DNA of 62,939 nucleotides, filler included, from Octopus bimaculoides (GCF_001194135.2; 3 parts of 3 records of this genome joined end to end with filler, not necessarily neighbours in it); one strand, 5' to 3'; shown: positions 1 to 12,120, counted from the whole stretch's first letter. The notes: generated by a model not told the origin, from the sequence alone. Translations and numbers: made by a program.

Positions 1-2888
1 TATATATATATATATATATATTACATATATATGTATGCATACACACACAGACATATATATATATGCACAGCAATATATTTATGCGTGTATACCTGATAGA
101 TCACACTGAGCGTGCTTGTACGTATATCTACCTTATGTTGATTGGATGCAAATATCTATTAATATGCACACGTAATCGAAAAAAGCGTGCACTGTACTTT
201 GTACAGAAATAATAATAAAATATAGAAGTTGTGATGTTCATACTTTTCCCTGAATGATATATTAATTGTGGTTATTTAGTTTTGCAAACTGCTATTTAAA
301 TTTCTTAGCATGCATGCGTTATTCTGATAGGTTGCGGAAGCAGAAACCATTTGTTCGTTATGCGGATACATTACCAGTTGTACTCTATTGAGTTACAAGA
401 ACTTTCTGTAGATTACGTATAAATATCAGTTACTGCCCTTGTATGTTGATGAAGTATTCGTTTAACTCCCCAATGCGCTATATAAATATATTTATTGTAG
501 TAATATATACATGTACATTCAACTAAACATTTTATATTTACACAAACACAAAAATACATATCTACATACGTATGCACGTATATATATCTAAATATATATG
601 CGTGTGTTTGTGCGTAAGTATATATACAAATATGCACATCGTGGATATATATTATATCATATATACATACATACATACATACAGAATCTATATATGTATG
701 TATTTATGTATNNNNNNNNNNNNNNNNNNNNNNNNNNNNNNNNNNNNNNNNNNNNNNNNNNNNNNNNNNNNNNNNNNNNNNNNNNNNNNNNNNNNNNNNN
801 NNNNNNNNNNNNNNNNNNNNNNNNNNNNNNNNNNNNNNNNNNNNNNNNNNNNNNNNNNNNNNNNNNNNNNNNNNNNNNNNNNNNNNNNNNNNNNNNNNNN
901 NNNNNNNNNNNNNNNNNNNNNNNNNNNNNNNNNNNNNNNNNNNNNNNNNNNNNNNNNNNNNNNNNNNNNNNNNNNNNNNNNNNNNNNNNNNNNNNNNNNN
1001 NNNNNNNNNNNNNNNNNNNNNNNNNNNNNNNNNNNNNNNNNNNNNNNNNNNNNNNNNNNNNNNNNNNNNNNNNNNNNNNNNNNNNNNNNNNNNNNNNNNN
1101 NNNNNNNNNNNNNNNNNNNNNNNNNNNNNNNNNNNNNNNNNNNNNNNNNNNNNNNNNNNNNNNNNNNNNNNNNNNNNNNNNNNNNNNNNNNNNNNNNNNN
1201 NNNNNNNNNNNNNNNNNNNNNNNNNNNNNNNNNNNNNNNNNNNNNNNNNNNNNNNNNNNNNNNNNNNNNNNNNNNNNNNNNNNNNNNNNNNNNNNNNNNN
1301 NNNNNNNNNNNNNNNNNNNNNNNNNNNNNNNNNNNNNNNNNNNNNNNNNNNNNNNNNNNNNNNNNNNNNNNNNNNNNNNNNATATATATATATATATATA
1401 TATACATATATGTCTGTATGTATGTTTCTAGTGATAGGTATGCGTACACATAAATAATCGTTTGAAGGCGTGTATACATACATACATACACATATTCCTG
1501 TGTTACAAAATGCACTACGCGTCTGTATTCGTTAAGTTTGTCTTCTTCGGCGATTAGGCATAAATCATGGTTGTGTATGAGAATATTTGTAATTTTAGTT
1601 ACGCGTTCTTGTTTTGCACACACACACACATATACATACATACACACATGTATATATGCAAGCACACACATGTATATCTTTATAATGTATTTGTATGTGT
1701 ATATGTGTATATGTATGTATACATGTATCTCTCTCTCTCTATCCATATATATATATAGATGTACACACAGATATATGAGTGTGTGAATGTGTACATGTAT
1801 GTACACCTACATATAGTTTTGTGTGTGTGTGTGTGTGTGTTAGTGCTTTTGAGCGTAAGAATATCACTGTAATTCAACGAATCTAATATAAACTACCAGA
1901 ACGATATATCGGAACAAATCCAAATTTCCTATAAAATGATATCCCACGGTTAAATTGGAACCGTTGTATTCACTTGAAATTGCTCACAAATAAACAATAT
2001 ATGAAAAAATATATTAGTATTGACGTTAAAAAAGTATAACAGATATCATATATATTATATATATTGCATGCTTTTATTAACCAAGTGTTTGTGTGTGCGC
2101 CATGTATACGTACGATGTATTCTTTTCTTTATATGTTTTCTATTGAATTTAAAATACTTTCTGCAAAATGTTTTGAGCACCGAGTAGTGCTGTTTCCCTG
2201 TGTTTTGAGCATGTGAAGTTTCGAGATTTATTAAATGTATTTCCGAAGCCTGTTTTACTTTTTCAGACATTAAATTGCGTTCATACAAGAGCATTGCGTT
2301 ATTTTTTTTTTTTTTTTTTTTNNNNNNNNNNNNNNNNNNNNNNNNNNNNNNNNNNNNNNNNNNNNNNNNNNNNNNNNNNNNNNNNNNNNNNNNNNNNNNN
2401 NNNNNNNNNNNNNNNNNNNNNNNNNNNNNNNNNNNNNNNNNNNNNNNNNNNNNNNNNNNNNNNNNNNNNNNNNNNNNNNNNNNNNNNNNNNNNNNNNNNN
2501 NNNNNNNNNNNNNNNNNNNNNNNNNNNNNNNNNNNNNNNNNNNNNNNNNNNNNNNNNNNNNNNNNNNNNNNNNNNNNNNNNNNNNNNNNNNNNNNNNNNN
2601 NNNNNNNNNNNNNNNNNNNNNNNNNNNNNNNNNNNNNNNNNNNNNNNNNNNNNNNNNNNNNNNNNNNNNNNNNNNNNNNNNNNNNNNNNNNNNNNNNNNN
2701 NNNNNNNNNNNNNNNNNNNNNNNNNNNNNNNNNNNNNNNNNNNNNNNNNNNNNNNNNNNNNNNNNNNNNNNNNNNNNNNNNNNNNNNNNNNNNNNNNNNN
2801 NNNNNNNNNNNNNNNNNNNNNNNNNNNNNNNNNNNNNNNNNNNNNNNNNNNNNNNNNNNNNNNNNNNNNNNNNTATACGGATGCAAAA

Positions 2889-3476
2889 GCGGCGAGCTGG
2901 CAGAAACGTTAACACACCGGCAATATGCTTAACAGTGTTTCGTCTGTCTTTACGTTCTGAGTTCAAATTCCGCCGTGGTCGACTTTGCCTTTCATCCCTT
3001 CGGGATCGAGAAATTAAGTACCATTTCGGGTCTTGTGCCTAGAGTAGAAAAGAATCGTTAGCACGCCGGACAAAATGCTTATCGGCATTTCGTCCGTCTT
3101 TACGTCCTGTGTTCCAATTCTTGAGCTCCAATTCCTAAGTTCCAAAGCCTTTCATCCTTTTCAAGGTCGATAAAATAAGTACCAGTTAAACACTGGGGTC
3201 GATCTAATTGACTTACCCGCTCCTCTGAAATTGCTGGCTTTATGTCAAAACTTGAAACCAATATTTCTTCATAACAAGACGGCAGGATCGTTAGCACGCA
3301 GAAAATGCTTAGCGACATTTTGGCTGTCTTTATGTTCTGAGTTTAAATTCCGCCGAGGCCGACTTTACTTCTTATCGTTTCAGGTTCGACAAAGTGTAAC
3401 CAATGTAGTCTTCTAACCTCTACCCCCCAAATTACTGGCTTGTGCTAAATTTGAAACCAATATTCCTTCATAACCT
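2889..3476 (+). mobile_element. Tandem array of three partial-to-full tRNA-derived SINE copies (family B)
   Basis: Head GCGGCGAGCTGGCAGAAACGTTA, B-box-like GAGTTCAAATTCC and body GTCGACTTTGCCTTTCATCC recur at ~2889, ~3054 and ~3283. Confidence 0.85.
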
Positions 3477-3705
3477 TTTCTTTCAATTCTATGTGTTATA
3501 AGCTTCTTTGATCATTGACGCTCAAGAAGTATTTACAAATCTATACCTGGTCTGATTCTTTCATTTTTCTCTATCTAGCATATCATCATTTCTTAATCAT
3601 TGTTGATACCTTCAAGATTGACTTAGCGTATATTTCTAATCCGAGCCCGATATCAGTTTCTGTAGTAAATCCTTATACTATCTCCTGCAAAGATTCGAGT
3701 TTTAT

Positions 3706-3752
3706 CCATCCGTCCGTCCGTCCGGCCATCCATCCATCCGTCCGTCCGTCCG

Positions 3753-3814
<62 letters not shown>

Positions 3815-3830
3815 CATCCATCCATCTATT
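3706..3830. repeat. Compound tetranucleotide microsatellite (TCCA/TCCG/TCTA)
   Basis: Read directly from sequence. Confidence 0.95.
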
Positions 3831-3910
3831 TTACCTTCTGCGTACAACTTGAAGTGATGTTTCTCTATTTGTGAGAGGTCATCTGCTTGCAAAGAATGAT
3901 GTAACTTCCT

Positions 3911-3973
3911 GCGAAACCGATTACGGGACGTAAAAACATTCAACACCGGTTGTCAAGTGATAGTAGGCGACCA

Positions 3974-4057
<84 letters not shown>

Positions 4058-4212
4058 ATACATATGTACGATGGGCTTCTTTCAATTTCCGCCTGCCGAA
4101 TCCACTCACAAGGCTTTGGTCGGCCCCACGCTACAGTAAAAGTCACTCCTGGACCAAGGTGTCACACATTTGGACTGAACTGAGAACCATGTGTTTGGGA
4201 AGCCAAAGCTAC
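3911..4212 (-). mobile_element. SINE family A copy with internal (CA)n
   Basis: Reverse complement matches the copies at 5786-6219 and 9641-10107. Confidence 0.8.
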
Positions 4213-4833
4213 CTTGAGTGAAACAGCAACAACAATTAAAACAACACCAAGACTAAATCAGTGGGAATTTATCTGCATTGGTTGACCTGCTAGAAATAAC
4301 AAGAAACTCATTTTCAATTTACATTCTTCCATCTTAGATATAAACAAACATATCTTAAACAAAATGAAAAAAAAAACGAAAAAAAAAACACGAACATATT
4401 GAAGAATATGGTTTGGCACATATTAGATGATAAATGTCGTCGATGAAAAATGTCCTGGAGCTAAACAGCAGCATCAACAACAACAGTAGCGGCAGCACAG
4501 AAGCGGACGCCCACAATGGTGACGACAATTACAATGAAAAGGAAAAAACAAAATACTATTTTTCATGACGTTGTCCTACCGAGATGTAACTGATCGTATT
4601 CATATTTTAGTTTCTGCGACTGCAATAAACAAAATTTAAGCAAAATCATGCGTGGTGTGTGTGTGTGTGTGTGTGAGTGTGTATGTGTGTGTGTCTACGC
4701 ATGTGTGTGGATATATATGTATATAGACAAACAGATAGATAAATATATACACACGCACGCACACACATACACACACATACACACACACCAACGCACAGAT
4801 ATATAGATAGATATACATGCACACACACACACG

Positions 4834-4865
<32 letters not shown>

Positions 4866-4912
4866 CATATAGGAGCATATATACACACACACACGTGCAT
4901 ATGTACATAGGA

Positions 4913-4993
<81 letters not shown>

Positions 4994-5161
4994 CGTACAT
5001 GCATACATACATTTTTCTTAATATATAAAATTTGTGCACCACTTCAAACAATCCATGTATACACATGTGTATGTGTGCGTGTGCGTCAGTGTGTATGTGT
5101 GTGTGTGTTTGTGTGTGTGTGTGTATGTATGTATTTATGTTTGCATATATTACACATGCAA

Positions 5162-5194
<33 letters not shown>

Positions 5195-5447
5195 TTAATT
5201 TCACACTCAATATGTATTAAATAAAATATATGAAATAAAAGAAGTAAAAAAACTCTTGTCGAGTGGAGTGTCATTTCTGGAGGTCTCATGAAAAGGAAAT
5301 AATGTGAATTATTCAAAAACATTCCAACGTTTTAACTTTTATTTTTATGACGTCAAATTTCATTGTCATAGGAGAGAAGCAGACATTGTGTTGTAAAATA
5401 CGTTTTTTTTTTCCTGTTCACACAATAATATATATTATCATCTCTGA

Positions 5448-5735
5448 TTCTTTCAGCCATCGGACTCCGCGGCCAGTCTGGGGCACCGCATTGAAGGGTT
5501 TTCAGTCGAACGAATCGATCCCGGAACTAATTTAAAGCTTGGTACTTATTTTGTGTGACTGTTTTGAACAACCGCTCGATTACGGGGAATTTAACATACA
5601 AACACCGGTTGTCGAGCAATGGTGAGGGACAAACACAGAGACACATGCATTGATACGCACACAGACACAGACACAGACACAGACACACGCACACGTATAT
5701 ACGAGAAACTTCTTTCAGTTTTCGTATACCAGATC
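5448..5735 (-). mobile_element. SINE family A, diverged 3' half
   Basis: GGGGCACCGC, AACACCGGTTGTC and CTTCTTTCAGTTT blocks are shared with other copies. Confidence 0.75.
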
Positions 5736-5785
5736 CTTTCAGAGGCCAATGACTGAAACAAGTGAAACATGTAATTATATCATAT

Positions 5786-6011
5786 ATATTCTTTCTTTTA
5801 TTCTTTTATTCTTTTATTCTTTTATTTGTTTCAGTCATTTTGACTGTGGCCACGCTGGAGCACCGCCTTTAGTCGAGCAAATCGACCCCAGGACTTATTC
5901 TATCGGTCTCTTATGCCGAACCGCTAATTTACGGGGACGTAAACACACCAGCATTGATGTCAAGCAGTGTTGGGAGACACACAAAAACATATACACACAC
6001 GCGCACGCACG

Positions 6012-6067
<56 letters not shown>

Positions 6068-6219
6068 CGACGGGCTTCTTTCAGTTTCCGTCTGCCAAAT
6101 CCACTCACAAGGCCCGAGAATATAGTAGAAGACACTTGTCCAAGGTTCCACGCAGTGGGACTGACCGAGAACCACGTGGTTGGTTAGCAAGCTATTTACC
6201 ACACAGCCTCTCCTGCGCC
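5786..6219 (-). mobile_element. SINE family A, near full length, internal microsatellite and (AAAAGAAT)n tail
   Basis: tRNA-like head (GGCTGTGTGGTAA ... GGTCAGTCCC) at the right end, CCTTGGACAAGTGTCTT block, repeated TTCTTTTA tail at the left end. Confidence 0.9.
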
Positions 6220-6226
6220 TATATGC

Positions 6227-6260
<34 letters not shown>

Positions 6261-7169
6261 AGATACATACATACGTACTTGCATACATACATACACACAT
6301 ACATACATGTATAGATATAGATACAAACATTTGAAAATATACGTACAACGCCGTCACTAACATCAACTATACGTAGTATATAAGTGTGTGTGTGTGTGTG
6401 TGAGAGAGAGTGTGTTTGTGTGTGTGTCTGTGTGCGTGCGCACGCCCATGCGTGTACGTCTGTATATTCAAATAGCGTACATATTCATATTTAATACATT
6501 CTGGCAGATTCGAGCGTGAATATGCTAATCGCTGTTTGTATTTCCTTTCCGGTGAAGACACTAGATTCATTGACATTTCGAGGTTCTTGTATTTCATGAG
6601 GTCAAACCTTCCTCCGGATCATTGGACTAAACGTGAACAGAATAGAACAAATTATTTGTTTGCCGAATTCTATCTTGTCATTTTCATTTACAAGGTTTAT
6701 TGAAATGCAGAATTATGGTAATTGTTATTCAACGGGCGTCCCTTTTAGCAATGTAACTTGCACTGTCAGTCCCTTAAATGCAACGGAAATCGAGATTATC
6801 TCCGGCTTAATAGGTCTCTAGGTTAGAAACCGACTCAACAATGGTTTTAATTCAACAATTAATAATATTTACAGATGTTAGCGTTGCTAATATCTGAAAC
6901 GTGCCTTTGTTTATCCTTATATGGTCATCCATCAATGTCTATACAGAATTACTTGCGTTTCGTGTCAGTTGAACGAATTACATACGACACATTGAATAGA
7001 TTCCTTAACTGCTACCGTCTTCTTAATTACTTAATGGTTATAATCGATTGTTCCTAGATGCTCCCGTATGACCGCGGTCCTGAATCTACGAGGCACATAG
7101 AAAAACTAAAGCGTCTCTTGTATTTGATAGAACTGATGACACTACAGGCTTGAAGTGTATTGAAGAGGA

Positions 7170-7347
7170 TCGTTTTATTATTATTATTTTTTTTATTTGT
7201 TTCACTGATATGATTTGAAGAATTTTTGGTCGAACAAACTTTTTTTTTAAACCGAGTAAATATTCTATCGGTTTCTTTGCCGAACCGCTCTAAGTTATGA
7301 AGACGTGCACACACTAACACCAGTTGACAAGCGGTAATGGGGTACAG

Positions 7348-7392
<45 letters not shown>
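7170..7392 (-). mobile_element. SINE family A 3' half, truncated at its (CA)n by the adjacent palindrome
   Basis: TATTCTATCGGTTTCTTTGCCGAACCGCTC block followed by (CA)n; the 5' half is absent. Confidence 0.75.
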
Positions 7393-7534
7393 CAGAATTC
7401 TTAATTCTAATCCTAACCATATCTACTTCACCGTTTATTCTTCCTTAGTCGACAAAATAATACAAAGTTAAATAATGATTTATATACCTTGTCATGTAAA
7501 CTTTTTTTATTTATTTTCAACTTACCCTCAAAGT

Positions 7535-7775
7535 ACATTATTTACATTGCTTACATTATTTACATTTGATGATTATTTGTCCTAATCTTGTTTGTTGTTA
7601 ACACAATGTTTCGGCTGATATACCTTCCAGCCTTCATCAGGTGTCTTGGGGAAGTTATTATTATTATTATTATTATTATAATTATTAGTATTATTATTAT
7701 TCAGGTCACTGCCCCGAATCGAACTCAGAATCTTGGGGTTAGTAGCCCGCACTCTTAACCACTGCGCCATATGCC
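7535..7775 (-). mobile_element. tRNA-headed SINE-like element with (AAT)n spacer, minimal hammerhead and (AATGTAAAT)n tail (family C)
   Basis: Minus strand: A box TGGCGCAGTGG, B box GAGTTCGATTC, then (AAT)n, hammerhead and tail. Homologous to 26577-26843. Confidence 0.85.
7600..7645 (-). ncRNA. Minimal type I hammerhead ribozyme motif
   Basis: GACAC-CTGATGA-A-GGCTG-N10-CAGCC-GAAA-CATT-GTGTT: helix I GACAC/GTGTT, 5-bp helix II and intact core. Activity not tested. Confidence 0.75.
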
Positions 7776-7800
7776 TGTGAATAATAATAATAATAATAAT

Positions 7801-7883
<83 letters not shown>

Positions 7884-8019
7884 AAAATACCTTAGAAATG
7901 AGAACCCAGGTTAGAAATTTCCCCAAGACACCTGATGAAGGCTGGAGGGTATATCAGCTGAAACATTGTGTTAACAACAAACAAGATGAGAGCCAATATC
8001 CGTCAAATGTAAATAATGT
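7776..8019 (+). mobile_element. Headless family C copy (right arm of palindrome) with (AAT)n(AAC)n
   Basis: (AAT)n(AAC)n, ATACCTTAGAAATGAGAACCCAGG, hammerhead and AATGTAAATAATGT tail. Confidence 0.85.
7927..7972 (+). ncRNA. Minimal type I hammerhead ribozyme motif
   Basis: GACAC-CTGATGA-A-GGCTG-GAGGGTATAT-CAGCT-GAAA-CATT-GTGTT. Confidence 0.75.
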
Positions 8020-8399
8020 TCTTTGAGGGTATAGTTGAAAATAATTAAAAAAAATGTTTACATGACAAGGTATAAAAATCATTCTATAAATATTGTAAAA
8101 TTAATTTGTCGATCAAGGAGGAATAAACGGTAAAGTAGATATGGGTAGGATTAGAACTAAGAACCTTACATTTGTAGTGCCGTCATAATATCATAACATG
8201 CTGTTTACGTTATGTTTTCAATAGAACTGGGAAATGTAATACAAAATGCCGGATTCATACATCGTTGCTTATTATTCGTCTTCCGTATATAAACAATAGC
8301 TGCAAACGTAAATGAATTACCGTACACATTTAGTCTAATGATTCTGGTTTGTCAGATTACGAATTTAACGAACTGAAACCTAATGAGGACGGTACAGCC

Positions 8400-8765
8400 G
8401 CCATCATCATCATCGTCATCATCATCACCGTCAACATAATCATCATCATCGTCATCGTCGTCTTGGTTGTCATTATCATCGTCATCATCATCATCATCGT
8501 CGTCATCGTCATCGTCATCATCGATATCGTCACCATCTTCGTCATCGACATCATCATCGCCATCGTCATCATTGCAATCTTCAACATCATCGTCATCGAC
8601 ATCATCATCATCCTCATCATCATCATCATCGTCATTGTCATTATCATCATCACTGTCATCGTCATCATCATTATCATCATCACTGTCATCGTCATCATCA
8701 TGATCGTCATCATCGTCATCATCATCATCGTTGCCGTCATCATCGTCGATTCTTCATCGTCATCG

Positions 8766-8812
<47 letters not shown>

Positions 8813-8965
8813 GTCGTCATCACCATCCTCCTCCTCATCATCATCACCATCATCATCATCGTCATCATCATCATCGTCATCATCGTCATCGTCATCACCA
8901 TCTTCATCATCATCACTATCGTTCTCATCAACCACCTCCTCCGCATCACTATCGTCACTATCTTC
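8400..8965. repeat. Degenerate (CAT/CGT)n trinucleotide array
   Basis: Read directly; explains the poly-I/S/H/D/M ORFs. Confidence 0.95.
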
Positions 8966-8999
8966 CCTGAACATCACTGTCTCAATTCGTAGAAAGCGT

Positions 9000-9212
9000 A
9001 GGGCCGGTTGCCCGGTTCCCAAGTAGCATAAGTGACCGAGATCACATTCACCTTGAACCAGACGCCAGTGCATCGCAGTGTTACCCATGTACAGCTGAAT
9101 AAACCGGAGCAACTTAAAACAAAGTTTTCCTCAAAAACACAAGACGCCACTTGGAACGAAAGCTGCTACCATGCAATCGTGATTGAACCACCTTAATCAC
9201 CTGAGCATGCGC
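9000..9212 (-). mobile_element. Diverged MIR/CORE-like tRNA SINE (family E)
   Basis: CCAGTGCATCGCAG..TTACCC and TACAGCTGA..CCGGAGCAAC..CTCAAAAACACAA blocks resemble antisense CORE-type SINEs; recognised from memory only. Confidence 0.5.
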
Positions 9213-9640
9213 AATCTGCAAGAATTACGACCGCGGTAAGTTGCTCTTGAACTACAATACCAAATATGGAAGTAAAAATCATTTATTTTTTATGAGAATT
9301 AAATTATTTGTAATGTGCACTAATTATTAAAAGAAGACTAATTGTTATATTTTACATCAAAAACAACAAAAAAAATCAGCTCCTATGTTACCTTTGGGTT
9401 TTCTTTTGTCTTTGCTTTAGATGTTTCAGCCATTGGTTTACGGCCAGTCTGGGGCACCACCTTGGAATTTTAGTCGAACAGCTGAAGATACGAGGGCGTA
9501 AACAAACCAACACCGGTTGCCAAGCGAACCCAATGACACACCCATGCCTACACAAGACCCACACCCACACACCTGCATGCATACATACATACATGCATAC
9601 GTACGTACGTGCGTACGTACGTACACACACATATACATAC

Positions 9641-9797
9641 AGGTGTGGCTGTGTGGTAAGAAGCTTATTTTTTAATCACATGGTTCCGGTTTCAGTCCGA
9701 CTGCGTGGCGCCTTGGGCAAGTGTCTTCTACTATAGCCTCAGATTGACCAAAGCCTTGTGAGGGGATTTGGTAGACAGAAACCGAAAGAATCCCGTC

Positions 9798-9849
<52 letters not shown>

Positions 9850-10107
9850 GTGTATATGTATGTGTATGTGTATGTGTATGTCTGTGTATGTGCGTGTGTG
9901 TGTATCTTTGTTTGTCCCACCACTAACGCTTGACAACCGATGTTGGTGTGTTTACGTCCCCGTAACTTAGCGGTTCAGCAAAAGAAACAGGATAAGTGCT
10001 AAGCTTACAAAGTACAAGTCCTGGAGTCAATTTCTTCGACTAAAAAACGCTTTAGGGGGCTGCTCCAGCATGGCCGCAATCAAATGACTGAAACAAGCAA
10101 AAACATA
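9641..10107 (+). mobile_element. SINE family A full-length copy with internal (TA)n(TGTA)n(TG)n
   Basis: Head GGCTGTGTGGTAAG..GGTTTCAGTCC, CCTTGGGCAAGTGTCTT, 3' end CAAATGACTGAAACAAG. Confidence 0.9.
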
Positions 10108-10934
10108 TTTTAAAAATACATACATAAAATTTCCGTCTACTAAACTTAGTCGGTCGTGGGGCTCTTTTAGAAGACAACCCACCCATGGTGCCGTGCAGTG
10201 AAACTGTCCTCAACGCGCAACCATGTGGTTGTAAAGCGAGCTTCTTAAACACTGAGCTACGCATGCGCCCGTACGAACTATCAGAAATAACAGACACACC
10301 TCTGCCCCTAATAGTTCCTTACACCTAGAGTTTCTTGTACATCGGACAATGCATTTGAAAACAAGTATTCCAAAGGCCCTTTTCTCTTCCGCTTCTAATA
10401 TTCTGTTATTGTTTAGCAAGGTAGGTTTATCTTTGTCTCCTAATGGTGGTTTATATTCGTTTGTTCTATTCTTGTTTTGTTGCTGTTTATTTGTTTACTG
10501 ATCTGGAAGCTTGTCTCAGTAGAGCCTGTTTATTATGAAGCTAAAACAACGCAGTGTTCTGCAAAATAACAATGGATTAAAATAGGAAAAAAAAAAGAGA
10601 AATAGAAGTTGAAGGAGATTACTTACAGTTAATCTATCGTAATAAAATGACCAACGTTTGGAAGTCATTTTCGTAGAAACTCTTTGTTCGTTTTCTATGT
10701 TCGCATAAGTCGCTTCGTAGTACATACAACAACACACTTGCACACGTGCGCGCGCATGCACACATCTACTTGTTTTAGTCATTAGACTGTAATCTCATTA
10801 GGGGGGGGGGGCGCCACGTAGAGTATTAGTCGAACGAGTCGACCCCAGTACTTATTTTTTCAAGCTTGGTTCTTATTCTAGTACTTTGACCTTTCTCATA
10901 TATATATACATACATACATATATACATACATAAT

Positions 10935-10979
<45 letters not shown>

Positions 10980-11039
10980 TATATAGGCGTAGGAGTGGCT
11001 GTGTGGTAAGTAGCTTGCTTACCAACCACATGGTTCCAC

Positions 11040-11461
11040 CAGGGTTTGCAGGACGTCCTCATCGAGCACTAGAGATCTTCCAGGACGAGGTTCATCTTTT
11101 AGGCTGTAGTTTCTGACTTGGAATTTCTGGAACCACCATTGAAACTGGCTTGCATTTATTGTCTGATCCCCATATACTGCATAAAGATTCCGCGCGCTTT
11201 CCGTTCCGCTGTTGCCTTTATTGAACTCATGAAGCAAAATACGCTGAATATGTTACTTTGTTCCTTCCATTATAGCGTAGAAAAAATAATTGTTAAAATC
11301 GAACTGCACTCTTCAAAACCTGCACTAAGAATAAGTACAAGATAAAATTATTACTTGCAACTGCAATTATAGCAAGTTGATGCTGGTATTTTCTCTCGTT
11401 CCCCTCCGACTTTTAGCCAACGCAGTTGAAAAAACCGCATTATTTATGGGATGACCCAATA
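11040..11461 (-). mobile_element. Mariner transposon 5' end (TIR plus transposase N-terminal HTH), truncated
   Basis: End TATTGGGTCATCCCATAAATAATGCGGTTTT beside (TA)n; translation MLHEFNKGNSGTESARNL..FQWWFQKFQVRNYSLKDEPRPGR matches the mariner HTH pattern WFxKF..SLxDEPRSGRP. Confidence 0.85.
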
Positions 11462-11482
11462 TATATATATGTGTGTGTGTGC

Positions 11483-11538
<56 letters not shown>

Positions 11539-12066
11539 NNNNNNNNNNNNNNNNNNNNNNNNNNNNNNNNNNNNNNNNNNNNNNNNNNNNNNNNNNNNNN
11601 NNNNNNNNNNNNNNNNNNNNNNNNNNNNNNNNNNNNNNNNNNNNNNNNNNNNNNNNNNNNNNNNNNNNNNNNNNNNNNNNNNNNNNNNNNNNNNNNNNNN
11701 NNNNNNNNNNNNNNNNNNNNNNNNNNNNNNNNNNNNNNNNNNNNNNNNNNNNNNNNNNNNNNNNNNNNNNNNNNNNNNNNNNNNNNNNNNNNNNNNNNNN
11801 NNNNNNNNNNNNNNNNNNNNNNNNNNNNNNNNNNNNNTTCAATACTTTCTTTCATGGTGCCATCCATTTTTATTTTATTTTATTTTATATTGTATATTGT
11901 ATATTATATTATATATTGTATATTCCATATTCTATACCCCACATTAGTTCTGCAGGAATATAAATAAAACATAAAAAACAGACAGTGTTGGAACTCTTTT
12001 AAACAAAATAATATATTCCTCTATACACAATCATACAAAAATACCTTTTTTGTATTTATTTTTACT

Positions 12067-12120
<54 letters not shown>

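Larger units (their letters stand above)
7398..8163. repeat. ~770-bp imperfect palindrome centred near 7776
   Basis: 7398-7534 is the reverse complement of 8020-8163 (roughly 80-85% by eye); the inner arms are opposite-strand copies of the hammerhead-bearing element. Confidence 0.9.

Noticed and set aside
572-2966. Long ORFs containing X runs (also at 11.4, 14.4, 15.6, 38.2, 48.4, 53.7, 55.3 and 57.7 kb)
   Set aside because: They are open only because they cross N-gaps and TA/CA repeats.
7704-7775. tRNA gene with an ACT anticodon loop
   Set aside because: The acceptor stem does not pair (GGCATAT vs AGTGACC) and it is fused to repeat body in two copies, so it is a SINE head.
8349-9112. Poly-Ile/Ser/His/Asp/Met ORFs (also 16.8-17.6, 39.1-39.6 and 45.8-46.6 kb)
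   Set aside because: Trinucleotide and GA repeats open in several frames on both strands, with no domain content.
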